DNA of 64,000 bases. Source: Polyangia bacterium (GTDB taxonomy: Bacteria > Myxococcota_A > Polyangia > Palsa-1104 > JAEUJZ01). Every line of letters begins with the position of its first letter. Positions within the stretch are counted from its first letter, which is position 1. The notes beneath the pieces are model-generated. The model searched no databases. It was not told the DNA's origin and saw only the letters and a list, made by a program, of their open reading frames with translations. A program made the position numbers and the translations under genes. Below are positions 37,323 through 46,852 of this stretch, piece by piece. The stretch is taken from NCBI GenBank assembly GCA_046351615.1, contig JAXLYF010000011.1, positions 10,882 to 74,881 of the forward strand, in the 5' to 3' direction.

Positions 37323-37784
37323 GTGCTTGTTGTGTGGCTCAGCCAGGGCGGACAGAGAGCGACCAAGGGACTGCTTCTGCTGGTCGTCCTTTTGTCCTGT
37401 CTGTGCGGAGGCTGTGCAAGTCATCCGTGGAAGATGCAGATGACGATCGCCACCGACGCAAACAACAACTCTCCGGTGCTGATTTCCGTGGTGCTTCCCA
37501 AGAGCCAACCGCTGTTTAAAAAGCTGCTGGATATGACGGCGAAGCAGTGGTTTACGCAGCGGGAACAGCTGCTGCGCGATCATCGGCGAGAGCTGGAAGA
37601 GACGTACTTTGAGTTCATTCCGGGACAGCAAGTTCCCGAGATCAATCGCAAAGTTTCGAGCAGTGTGAGCCAAGGGATTCTGTTTGTGAACTACCAGACT
37701 CCGGGATCGCATCGCTATACCTTCGACACAAACCAGGCGCTCAAGATCAGCTTTGCTCAGCAGAGTGTGAACTTGAGCCAGTAA
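37323..37784 (+). CDS. tssJ: Type VI secretion lipoprotein TssJ (SciN/VasD family)
   Basis: Lipoprotein signal KGLLLLVVLLSCLCGGCAS then TIATDANNNSPVLISVVLPKSQPLFKKLLDMTAKQWF, matching TssJ pattern (LNpd..gr.sPv.vrvYqLks...F..ADF); the ORF track begins at ATG 37203 but a 45-aa pre-signal extension is unlikely, so start placed at in-frame GTG 37323 (or 37332). Confidence 0.6.
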   Translation: MLVVWLSQGGQRATKGLLLLVVLLSCLCGGCASHPWKMQMTIATDANNNSPVLISVVLPKSQPLFKKLLDMTAKQWFTQREQLLRDHRRELEETYFEFIPGQQVPEINRKVSSSVSQGILFVNYQTPGSHRYTFDTNQALKISFAQQSVNLSQ

Positions 37785-37802
37785 TGGGAAGTAGGAATCG
37801 GA

Positions 37803-39143
37803 ATGCCGAGCGCGCATGATCTTCCTCCGCAGATTCAGTGGCACGAAGGAATGCTGCTGGCTCCGCAGCACTTTCAGCAGATGGTGCAGCGGACGGAAAA
37901 GCTTCTTCACTACCATGTGAGTCTGGGGCTTCCGTATCAGTTTGGCGTGACGCGGCTGCGCTATGAATCGACGCAGCTTTTTACGGGAACGCTGCGTGTT
38001 ACAGAGCTGGAAGCGGTGCTTCCCGATGGCTTGGTGGTGTCGTTTAAGACCGGCCCCGCGGCAGAGCTGCAAGTGGATCTGAAAGCGCATGCAGAGAGCG
38101 CGAAGCATTCCCCGATTCCTGTCTACTTGGTGGTGCCGATTGAGCGGACTGGAGGCAGCAAAGGGGAAGGGGATCTGGGTCGGTTTCTGTCGATTCCCGG
38201 TGATGAGGTCGATGACGAGGTCAGTGGTGGGCGTCCGCTGCGGATTCCGCGACTGAAGCCTCGGCTGCGGCTGATTGCGGGGACAGAGTCTCCTCCTCCT
38301 CGCTTTGTGGCGCTGCCGCTGCTTGCGGTGGTCTACAAAAACGGCGCGTTTGTTCCTGCGGACTACATTCCGCCGCTGATTCGCGTGGAAGTGGACTCTC
38401 CGCTGGGTGAGCTGTGTGCGCAGGTGAGCAGTCTGATTCGGGCCAAAGCGACGTATCTGCTGGAAGTGATTCGGTCTCCGGCGATTACGACCAAGCCACA
38501 AGCGATTGAAGAAAATCGCAGGCTGCTTTCACAGCTGGTGCTGAATCTTCCGCCGTTTGAAGCGCTGCTGGCGACGGGAACGAGTCACCCCTATTCGCTG
38601 TATGTTGCGCTGACTGCGGTGGCCGGAAGCGTGGCAGGAGTCGGCAATCAGCTGATGCCTCCGGTCTTTCCTGCGTACGATCACTTGAACCTGCGGCGAT
38701 CGTTTGCGGAGGTTGTTCAGTTTGTGAATCAGTCGCTCAGCGACGGAATTTCTGAAGCGTTTACGGCGCTTCCGTTCCGCAATGAAAACAACCTGTTCGC
38801 ACTTCAGTTTGAAAGGGAGTGGACGCGTCGCACGGTGGTGATGGGCTTCAAGGGGGCTCCAGGGGCCACGGATCAGCAGATCACAGAGTGGGTGACGAGC
38901 AGTCTGATCGGAACCGCAAGTCGCTTCAAAGTGCTGCGTGAGCGACGACTGCTGGGGGCCACACGAACTCCTATTGATCGAGTCGAAGGTCTGGTGGCCA
39001 CGCGCGGAATGCTGCTGTTTCAGCTTCAGCTCAACCCAGAGTTTATTGTGCCGAGCGAGCCGCTGGTGATCGGAAACTCTGTGGAAAAACCACCGGGCAT
39101 TCGTCCGGCAGAGGCCTACTTATATGTTGCAAACAAAGAGTAG
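37803..39143 (+). CDS. tssK: Type VI secretion baseplate protein TssK
   Basis: N-terminus IQWHEGMLLAPQHFQQ (TssK signature W.EGM.L.PQHFQQ), 446 aa. Confidence 0.9.
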   Translation: MPSAHDLPPQIQWHEGMLLAPQHFQQMVQRTEKLLHYHVSLGLPYQFGVTRLRYESTQLFTGTLRVTELEAVLPDGLVVSFKTGPAAELQVDLKAHAESAKHSPIPVYLVVPIERTGGSKGEGDLGRFLSIPGDEVDDEVSGGRPLRIPRLKPRLRLIAGTESPPPRFVALPLLAVVYKNGAFVPADYIPPLIRVEVDSPLGELCAQVSSLIRAKATYLLEVIRSPAITTKPQAIEENRRLLSQLVLNLPPFEALLATGTSHPYSLYVALTAVAGSVAGVGNQLMPPVFPAYDHLNLRRSFAEVVQFVNQSLSDGISEAFTALPFRNENNLFALQFEREWTRRTVVMGFKGAPGATDQQITEWVTSSLIGTASRFKVLRERRLLGATRTPIDRVEGLVATRGMLLFQLQLNPEFIVPSEPLVIGNSVEKPPGIRPAEAYLYVANKE

Positions 39144-39202
39144 GAACATGCTGGGCGTCCGCAGTGTCGACGGATGGAGCGTCAACGTAACGAGGGCGCA
39201 AC

Positions 39203-40111
39203 ATGGCGAGTGAGTCCTCTGATCAGCTGTTCTTGGTGGACTACTTCCGCGAGTTCTACGCGGCGGTCCTGCATCACCGCATGCAGATCGAGCGCTCGCA
39301 GCTTCCACCCGCCGAAGAGGACAGCATTGAGATTCGCGAAGCCGACATCTTGGCCGAAGAAAAGATACCGGGTGCGGAGCAGTCACAGATTGCGCCCGAC
39401 ATTGTGCAGGCGCTCCTGATTGAGCTGATGGAGTCCCAACAGCAAGCAATTCAGCGACGGGGAGATCCGCGCGAACAGAAGCGATTTCGAGACATTCAGT
39501 ACGTGATGTCCGCGATGGCTGATGAAGTCATGCTGAGCATCGAGTGGATCGGAAAAGAGTACTGGAGCACGCATCTATTGGAAGAGCGGCTGTATGGTAC
39601 GCACGATGCGGGTACGCGCTTTTTCGACAACCTGGACTCTCTGCTTCAGAACAGAGACGCAACGCGCGCGGATGTGCTTGCGGTGTATCTGCTCGCAGTG
39701 TCACTGGGATTCCGTGGCAAGCATCGCAGCGTAAACAGTGCGGCGCAGATTGCGCACTATCGAAACCAAGCCTACGTCACGCTGTTTCAGCGCAGTCCGG
39801 CGCTACCAGAAAGCGCTCCGCTGTTTCCGCAAGCGTACGCGCACACGCTCGATGGACAGACACCAAGCTGGCTGCCACAGCTTCGTCCGTGGCTACTATC
39901 ACTGGTCGGCGTTGCGGTGTTCTATCTGCTGGTTGCGCATGTGATCTGGGATCGGCGCTCGACCTCGGTTGGGAATCGCTTGGAAGAGATTCTGCAACAC
40001 AAAGACAGCCCAGACGTAAACACACCGGCGCGCTCTGTGAACAGCTCTATGGAGCCGAAAGCAGAAGCCGCTACTGCAACGGCGAGCAGTGTAACCGTTC
40101 GAAAGAACTAG
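39203..40111 (+). CDS. tssL: Type VI secretion membrane protein TssL (DotU/IcmH family), no peptidoglycan-binding extension
   Basis: DotU-like core with LAVSLGFRGKHR (cf. LGF.G.Y motif) and single C-terminal TM PWLLSLVGVAVFYLLVAHVIW. Confidence 0.8.
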   Translation: MASESSDQLFLVDYFREFYAAVLHHRMQIERSQLPPAEEDSIEIREADILAEEKIPGAEQSQIAPDIVQALLIELMESQQQAIQRRGDPREQKRFRDIQYVMSAMADEVMLSIEWIGKEYWSTHLLEERLYGTHDAGTRFFDNLDSLLQNRDATRADVLAVYLLAVSLGFRGKHRSVNSAAQIAHYRNQAYVTLFQRSPALPESAPLFPQAYAHTLDGQTPSWLPQLRPWLLSLVGVAVFYLLVAHVIWDRRSTSVGNRLEEILQHKDSPDVNTPARSVNSSMEPKAEAATATASSVTVRKN

Positions 40112-40178
40112 GAATTTGTCGTGGATGTTTCGATGTGCTGCAAAGTGATAGGATGAATCATTCAATGCACCTGTCCGT

Positions 40179-41267
40179 GTGACAGGTTGTGATGGGGGAA
40201 CTGTGCCAAACCGTGTGCTTGGCTGGCTGATACTCTGTGTATCGGTACTGCTGCTGTGTTCAGCGCCAGCGCTTTGTCAGGAAGAGAGTGCCGCAACCTA
40301 TGAAGAGGAGGGCGCACGGCTGTTCCTGAGCAAGAGCTATGAGGGTGCGATCAAGCAGTTTACCCAAGCGTATCGACTCGATCCGAAGCCGCAGTATCTG
40401 TTTAACATCGGTCAGTCCTATCGGAAGCTGGGTCTGGCTGCGGAAGCGACAGAGTACTATCAGCGCTATCTGCACGATGAACAGAAGGTGGATCCAACCA
40501 TCTACGCAGATCTGACGACGTACATCGATCAGTACTACGCATCGCAAGAGCGTGGTGGGAGTCGTCCCAAGTCCAAGAGTGAAGCCGCAGAGCCTGCGCC
40601 GATGCTGGCCGCAGAGGAAATCGCCGATGCGGAAGAGCTGATTGCGCAGTTTGTTCGGGACTACCGAGCGGGCAATCAAGCGGTGGCCAATGAGATCATG
40701 GATCAGCTCAAGCAAGTGCTGCTGGTCCGTGGCGATCCGATCCTGATGTATCACATCGCGAACGGATACGATCAGGTCAAGAAGCGCAAGGAAGCCCTGG
40801 AATACTATCGTCGCTTCGTTGCGGTAGAGACTGCGGACCCTCGTCTTCGTCGTCGATCATTTGAACGGATTGCCCTTCTTACGCCTGCGCCGCCTGGTCA
40901 GAAGTATCTGTGGCCGAGCTTGGCGCTGGCGATTCCGGGACTTGCGGGTGTGCTGACCGGAGTGGCCCTTGCGGTTCAATCCGGGGACAACTTCCAGCAG
41001 TTCCTCAATGAAGCAGATGAACAGAAGAAGCGGGAACTCCGCGACAAAGGAGTCGGTCTGTCTATCGGATCGGTGACCTCCTATGCCATCGGTGGTGCCC
41101 TACTGGCCGGCGCAGGTGCGTTTGCGATTGTTGCCCTTAAAAAGGGAGTCCGTCAAAACGCGGAAGAGAAACGGACGGAACCCTCGCGCACAACGAAAAG
41201 CACCCTGACCGGATCGCTTCTGCCGCTGCCTGGCGGCGTGGGTCTGTCCTTGGGAGGGAATTTCTAA
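40179..41267 (+). CDS. TPR-repeat protein with signal peptide and two C-terminal TM helices, inserted between tssL and tssM
   Basis: TPR-like AIKQFTQAYRLDPKPQYLFNIGQSYRKLGLAAEATEYYQRYL; hydrophobic LWPSLALAIPGLAGVLTGVALAV and IGGALLAGAGAFAIVAL. Confidence 0.65.
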   Translation: MTGCDGGTVPNRVLGWLILCVSVLLLCSAPALCQEESAATYEEEGARLFLSKSYEGAIKQFTQAYRLDPKPQYLFNIGQSYRKLGLAAEATEYYQRYLHDEQKVDPTIYADLTTYIDQYYASQERGGSRPKSKSEAAEPAPMLAAEEIADAEELIAQFVRDYRAGNQAVANEIMDQLKQVLLVRGDPILMYHIANGYDQVKKRKEALEYYRRFVAVETADPRLRRRSFERIALLTPAPPGQKYLWPSLALAIPGLAGVLTGVALAVQSGDNFQQFLNEADEQKKRELRDKGVGLSIGSVTSYAIGGALLAGAGAFAIVALKKGVRQNAEEKRTEPSRTTKSTLTGSLLPLPGGVGLSLGGNF

Positions 41268-42715
41268 TGCTTAAGACTTCGCTTCTGTCTGCATTCCTAT
41301 CGGTGGGGCTGCTGGCCAGCACGGGCTGTACGCTGACCATGAACTATCAGCAGTGTAGCCAAGACAGCGACTGTACGGCGGCGGATGGAACGCCGGGCTA
41401 TTGCTCGTCGGATCAGCTCTGTCTGCCGAACACTCCGCTTGAGAGTCTGTGTACGATTACGATTCCTGATGCACCGTCTCCCAATGCGGTTCATCTGGGT
41501 GCGCTGCTGGATCTGCGTGACAAAAACGGACGACTGACCGAAGCGCATCGACTGCTCGCGCTGAAGCTGGGTGTCAAGCAGATTAACGATCTGGTGCAGC
41601 TGGATGGATCGCGTCCGCTGGCGATTGATGTCTGCAACGTGGGCGTGTCTGCGATCGACGCTGACAATGCGACCAAGATCCTGATCGAACAGCGCAATGT
41701 CGTGGCGATCATCGGACCGAACACGGCGTCCGCTGCGACCAACATGATCGGTCGAATCAAAGCGGCTGGCGTTCCCACGATCTCGCCTGCGATCATGGAC
41801 AGCGGAATTGCTGATGCAGCAAGTCAGGGTCTGTTTTATCGCTTGGCTCCCGTCGAAAGAGAGCAAGGCCTTCAGCTGGTTCGTGAGCTGGTGACGCTGT
41901 CTGGCGGAAAGAGCACCGCGCAGCTTGGACTTCTGTCTGTCACCGATTCCTATGGTGAAAACATTCGTCGCAAGTTCACTCCTGAGTGGCAGCGCCGTGA
42001 TCCGATCAACAACAAGACGGATCGATTCATTTCGTACAAAGACAACGATGCAAACCTGCTGAGCGTTACGACCAAGACGCTGCTTGATGCGAAGCCGAGC
42101 TTCGTGGTGCTGATTCCGGGATCGAACAGTCATCTGGTGGTGGGAGGTTTTGCGGATCTTCCGTTTGATCCGAAGAACCCCGGCTCCTTCGAGAGCACGA
42201 CCCAGGTGCTGGCTTCTTCCAGTGCGCGGACCGGAGACTTGATCAGGATGGCGCGGACCGGAGAAGACAAGATGAAGAATCATCTGTCGCGCATCACCGG
42301 AGTCGCTCCGCTGAGCTTTATTGATAGTCAAGAAGGCGCAGATTTTAAGTCGAGCTTCACGGCCACAAATCCGGGTCTGGCGCTCGAAGATGACTTCATG
42401 GTGGGCTACACCTACGACGCGCTGTTTGTGCTGGGTGCGGCCTCTGCTACGTTCAAGGGAGCGAGCCGACCGGATCAAATCCTGTCTGTTCTGCGACGCC
42501 TCAATGGCAACGCCAACTCGCTGTCTTTGACGCCGCGACTGTTCAACGAAACGGTTCAGAAGCTGGCACAGCAGCCGACCGATCCGTTCACTCTGCTTGG
42601 TGTTACAGGTGCGATTCGCTTCCAGACAGATGGCAGCCGAGATCCGGTTCTGCTCGAGCGCTGGAAGATCGATATCACCACCGGAGCGTACGTAAACACT
42701 CCGGCCAACATGTAA
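41267..42715 (+). CDS. Lipoprotein with periplasmic-binding-protein type I (LIVBP/ANF-receptor-like) fold, inside the T6SS locus
   Basis: Lipobox LLASTGCT; HLGALLDLRDKNGRL...GVKQINDL...VVAIIGPNTASAATNMIGRIKAAGVPTISP resembles Leu/Ile/Val-binding protein family N-lobe. Confidence 0.6.
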   Translation: MLKTSLLSAFLSVGLLASTGCTLTMNYQQCSQDSDCTAADGTPGYCSSDQLCLPNTPLESLCTITIPDAPSPNAVHLGALLDLRDKNGRLTEAHRLLALKLGVKQINDLVQLDGSRPLAIDVCNVGVSAIDADNATKILIEQRNVVAIIGPNTASAATNMIGRIKAAGVPTISPAIMDSGIADAASQGLFYRLAPVEREQGLQLVRELVTLSGGKSTAQLGLLSVTDSYGENIRRKFTPEWQRRDPINNKTDRFISYKDNDANLLSVTTKTLLDAKPSFVVLIPGSNSHLVVGGFADLPFDPKNPGSFESTTQVLASSSARTGDLIRMARTGEDKMKNHLSRITGVAPLSFIDSQEGADFKSSFTATNPGLALEDDFMVGYTYDALFVLGAASATFKGASRPDQILSVLRRLNGNANSLSLTPRLFNETVQKLAQQPTDPFTLLGVTGAIRFQTDGSRDPVLLERWKIDITTGAYVNTPANM

Positions 42716-42739
42716 CGCCAGGCACCTAGGACGCGTGAC

Positions 42740-45700
42740 GTGCTGATACGCATTGGCATAGCTGTTCTTTTATTGGCGGTCATCGCCGTCGGTGTCTTTT
42801 TCATCTTGCGAATGCGTCGCAAGAAGAAAGAGCAGGCCGAGGCTCCGCCGCCTCCGCCCAAAGATCCGCAGAAAGCCAAGCGGCTGGCAGAGCTGCGGAC
42901 GAGCTTGAATGCGCTGGTTGCGGAAGAGCTCAAGCAGCTCGATCAGAATGTGGGCGGAATGCCCGGACGCTATTCGATGCCGTGGTGTCTGGTGCTGAGT
43001 GAAAAAGGAGCGGGACAGAGTACGGTCCTACAGAACACCGGACTTCACATTCCGTTCCGTGGTGCGAGTGATCAGCTGGCAGAGTCCGCACACTGTCGAT
43101 TCTGGTTTTATGACAAAGGGGTTGCGATCGATCTAGGCGCGGAGGTGTGGCAAGAAGAGGAGGCCTTTGTTCACTTCTGTCATCTGCTGCGTGCGGCGCG
43201 TCCGAAGCGTCCGGTGGACTCTGTTCTGGTGCTGGTTGCGGCTGAAACTCTCGTCGGTGATGACAAGCAGAGTGAAGACAAGATCAAGGCGCAGAGTGAG
43301 CTTTTGTATCAGCGACTGCTGCGCTTTCAGCAAGAGATCTCGCTGCGTCTTCCCACCTACGTGATGATCAGCAAGAGCGATACGATTCCCGGCTTTACGG
43401 CGTTCTGCGGGGGTCTGTCTACGCATCAGCGCGAGCAGCTCGCGGGCTGGTCGTCTCCCTATCCGCTCAACATTTCGTATAACACGACCTGGGTCGATCA
43501 AGCGTTTGCAGAGCTGTACAAGACGCAGTGCGGTCTTCAGCTGGATCTGTTGGCGAGCGCAAAGCTGTCGGACAAAGAACAGGATCTGGCATTCCTTCTG
43601 CCGCGCAACACCCAAGCGCTGCGCGATCCGATGAAGCTGTATCTGGATCAGCTATTCCGGGTGAGCGTCTACAGTGAGTCGAACCTTCTGCGCGGCGTGT
43701 ACATGTGTGGAGACGCCACGATCGCCAGCGCGATGGTGCAAAAGTCTGAAGAGTCGGAAGGACTGAAGCATCCGGTCTTCATTCATGATCTGTTTGCGAA
43801 GAAGCTGTTTCCTGAAAGTGGACTGGCCAAGCCACTGAAGAAGGGAATGCTGAATCAGCAGCGTGCGCTGCGGCTGGTTCGGGTTGCGCTGGGTGCGTCG
43901 GTGCTGGTGAGCGTTCTGCTGCTGTGGACGGCGTACGCAAACCTAAGCCGTGATGTCCGCGCGGTGATGGGATTCCTAGACAAAGTTCCGGTCGGAAGCA
44001 CGCTGTCGGTTGCGCAAGACAGAGACCGCTTCGCGCAGCAGACCCAGGAGCTTCTGTCCGCGATTGGCAACGTCGCCAACAGTCGTCTGTTCAGCGTTCG
44101 GCTGCCGTCCTCGTGGCTTAGCTCGCTGGATGATGATGTTCAGGAAGCGATGCGACGCTCGTTTGAGCGCGTGGTGCTGGGCGGACTGTATGAAGGTCTG
44201 GCGCTGAAAGCCAAGCAGGTGTTGGGACTGGAAGGAGACCTGGCTGCGCCGCCACCCAGCGACGAGCCGCCTCCGGCTGGAGAGCCCGGATCAGGACGTC
44301 CCGCAGCCGCAGCAGAGCGTCTGACTTCGCGGACGGTTCAGATTCAGTCGCTTCAGAACATGCCGGAGTATCAAGAGCTGCGTGATCTGTCGCGCGCGTA
44401 TCTGGAGTTTGTTCAAAACGTCGATACCTACAATCGCTTGGGCGCGGATCATCACAAGCGCTTCGATACGGTGGTTCCGCTGGTGAAGTACGTGTTTGGC
44501 GTCGAGCTTCAGCCGATCTTTTTGCGCAATGCAGAGCTGTATCAGGAAGCGCTCGCCAATGCGACCAGTCGTTCCTTTGACATGGGACTGGTGAATCCGA
44601 AGGTACAAGCGCGAGCACGAACGATCTGCAAAGCGCTGCATCGACGGCTGTTTATCGACAACGCGATTGCGATCGAAACAGAAGAGATCTTGGCGCACGT
44701 CAGTCGCTTAAAAGCAGAGAGTGAAGGCGGCGGTGCGGACCTTCCGGTGCTGACCGAGCTGCGCGATGTTCTGTTGCGTCTGGAGCGTGATCTGGGTCGT
44801 CCAGAGCTTCAGTGGATGTCGAAGGACGCTCTGGAGCTGGGTGATCCGATGGCGGAAGTGCTGGCGTCACTTCGTCACTTTTCACCAGATGGACGGATGA
44901 GCGATGAGCTGCGTCAGGAGTGGCAGCAGTCGCATCAGCAGCTTCGGCGCAGGCTGCTGGAAGTTCAGCTTCCGGCGATGGGACTCATCCTTGTTCGTGA
45001 CAACGAAAAGCATCGCTTGGCGATGACGCAAGGTGTGGTGGAGCTGAAGGCGAACCTGGAGACGTTCCTCTCGCTTGCGTTTGTGCAGCAGAACCTGGAA
45101 AAGCCGCATGCCCAGAACTCGGAAGGTTCCTATCGCGTGGTCTGGAATGATGATCTGCTGCGTCAGTCCACTGCATTTGCGGATGCCTACGATGCGTATG
45201 TCCGCGATCGCTTGGGACAGATGTATCGCCACATCCGCGAAGTCGTAAAGAGCACTGCGCTGGAGCGACTGGGACAGAACATGCCTGCGCTGGTGGGACA
45301 AGCGCGAAGGGAAGAGCGCGTCCTGCGCTTTAGTGGCGATGTGAATGCGCTGCAAGATGAGCTAAGCAGTGAGGTCGGAGATCTGAAGCGCGTATCAACG
45401 GTGCTGCGCCAGATTCTGGAGACCTATGATCGCTTGACGCTCAAGGCTGCACATGCCGAGCTGTATCAGCAGCTGCAGGAAGACTCACGCGAGATCTTGC
45501 GCCGCATCGATCTGCTTCCAGAGCGCGAAGAGATGTATCGCGTGTCGAGCAAGCTGGCGAGCTGGCGCGGAGAGAAGCCTCCGGTCTTGGCTGCCTTTGA
45601 TGTGGAAGATGCCGATGCGCTGTCGCAGTACATCAAGACGCAGCGCAATCGCATCAAGGGCTGGGGTCGTGATTATGCCAAGGTTCCGGTGTCTCTGCTG

Positions 45701-46843
45701 GACGGTCTGACAAGCGCGCGCAGCGACGATCCGCTGCTTGGGAAGTGGCGCAACATCGTCAATCAGCTGGAGTACTTTGAGCGGATGACTCCGGGTAACT
45801 CGGTGAAGGAAATGGAGTCGTTCTTTGACACCACGCTCATCACCGTGACGCCGGAAAACTGTCTGGACAAGCTGCCGAAACAGACCGGAGACAACACCGA
45901 CTTTTTCTTGCAAGCGAAGGCGCGGGTGCATGACTCCGTTCGCAAGCGCTGCTTGGTGTTCGCGGCAGAAAAGATCTTGGAGATGTATGAACACCTGGCG
46001 CGGCGCTTCAACCAAGACCTCGCAGGGAAGTTCCCGTTTACGCGCAATGCGCAGTCGCTGGATGATCCCGATGCGATTCCGCGCGACATTCGCGGCTTCT
46101 TCCAAGAGTACGACGAGTTCATCCGTCAGTACGATGCCTACGTCGGTCGGCGCGAGACGATTGGCGGATCGGGGGAAGTGGGACGTGAGGTGAATAACTT
46201 CCTTCAGTCCCTGCGTGAGGTCCGTCCGTTCTTTGCGCCCCTGCTTGGAGATCGCGGAGATCTCGCGCGCTACAACGTGTCGATCGATTACCGCATCAAC
46301 AAGAGCAACGAGATAAACGGTCAGCAGATCGCAGAGTGGGGTTTTGCAACGGGCGATCAGAAGGTCGAAGACGGACAGGGATTTTGGCAGCTTGGCGATC
46401 GGGTGCGTCTGTCGATGCGCTGGGCCAAAGATGGTCCGTATGTTCCGGCTCCTACCGGACAGCCGCGTGGTGCTTCGGTGGACTCGAACGACACCATCTC
46501 CTTTGACTTCGCGGGCATCTGGGGTTTGGTGCGAATCATTCGCATGTTCCGGGCCTCGCCGATTGATCTGCGCAAGTCGCTGGATCGGCAGCCGCATGTC
46601 CTGAAGTTCATGGTCGATATCACAGAGCGAAAGCACACCGGGCGCGTGCGACTTTTGCCGGATTCCTACTACACCAACAAGGGAAACACGCCGAGCGGAG
46701 CGGCCAAGATGTCGTTTCTTTACAACAAGGCGGTGGTGTTTGTGCGTGTGATCATAAACCCACCAGAGAGCAAGGACTTGCTGGTGATTCCCGTCGACTG
46801 GCCGACCCTGGCACCGCTGACACGCGGGCGGAATGGACAGTGA
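42740..46843 (+). CDS. tssM: Type VI secretion membrane subunit TssM (IcmF family), 1367 aa
   Basis: N-terminal TM IGIAVLLLAVIAVGVFFIL, P-loop region MPWCLVLSEKGAGQSTVLQ (Walker A with Gln in place of the usual Lys), size and position between tssL and tssA. Confidence 0.85.
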   Translation: MLIRIGIAVLLLAVIAVGVFFILRMRRKKKEQAEAPPPPPKDPQKAKRLAELRTSLNALVAEELKQLDQNVGGMPGRYSMPWCLVLSEKGAGQSTVLQNTGLHIPFRGASDQLAESAHCRFWFYDKGVAIDLGAEVWQEEEAFVHFCHLLRAARPKRPVDSVLVLVAAETLVGDDKQSEDKIKAQSELLYQRLLRFQQEISLRLPTYVMISKSDTIPGFTAFCGGLSTHQREQLAGWSSPYPLNISYNTTWVDQAFAELYKTQCGLQLDLLASAKLSDKEQDLAFLLPRNTQALRDPMKLYLDQLFRVSVYSESNLLRGVYMCGDATIASAMVQKSEESEGLKHPVFIHDLFAKKLFPESGLAKPLKKGMLNQQRALRLVRVALGASVLVSVLLLWTAYANLSRDVRAVMGFLDKVPVGSTLSVAQDRDRFAQQTQELLSAIGNVANSRLFSVRLPSSWLSSLDDDVQEAMRRSFERVVLGGLYEGLALKAKQVLGLEGDLAAPPPSDEPPPAGEPGSGRPAAAAERLTSRTVQIQSLQNMPEYQELRDLSRAYLEFVQNVDTYNRLGADHHKRFDTVVPLVKYVFGVELQPIFLRNAELYQEALANATSRSFDMGLVNPKVQARARTICKALHRRLFIDNAIAIETEEILAHVSRLKAESEGGGADLPVLTELRDVLLRLERDLGRPELQWMSKDALELGDPMAEVLASLRHFSPDGRMSDELRQEWQQSHQQLRRRLLEVQLPAMGLILVRDNEKHRLAMTQGVVELKANLETFLSLAFVQQNLEKPHAQNSEGSYRVVWNDDLLRQSTAFADAYDAYVRDRLGQMYRHIREVVKSTALERLGQNMPALVGQARREERVLRFSGDVNALQDELSSEVGDLKRVSTVLRQILETYDRLTLKAAHAELYQQLQEDSREILRRIDLLPEREEMYRVSSKLASWRGEKPPVLAAFDVEDADALSQYIKTQRNRIKGWGRDYAKVPVSLLDGLTSARSDDPLLGKWRNIVNQLEYFERMTPGNSVKEMESFFDTTLITVTPENCLDKLPKQTGDNTDFFLQAKARVHDSVRKRCLVFAAEKILEMYEHLARRFNQDLAGKFPFTRNAQSLDDPDAIPRDIRGFFQEYDEFIRQYDAYVGRRETIGGSGEVGREVNNFLQSLREVRPFFAPLLGDRGDLARYNVSIDYRINKSNEINGQQIAEWGFATGDQKVEDGQGFWQLGDRVRLSMRWAKDGPYVPAPTGQPRGASVDSNDTISFDFAGIWGLVRIIRMFRASPIDLRKSLDRQPHVLKFMVDITERKHTGRVRLLPDSYYTNKGNTPSGAAKMSFLYNKAVVFVRVIINPPESKDLLVIPVDWPTLAPLTRGRNGQ

Positions 46844-46852
46844 GGATGCGCG

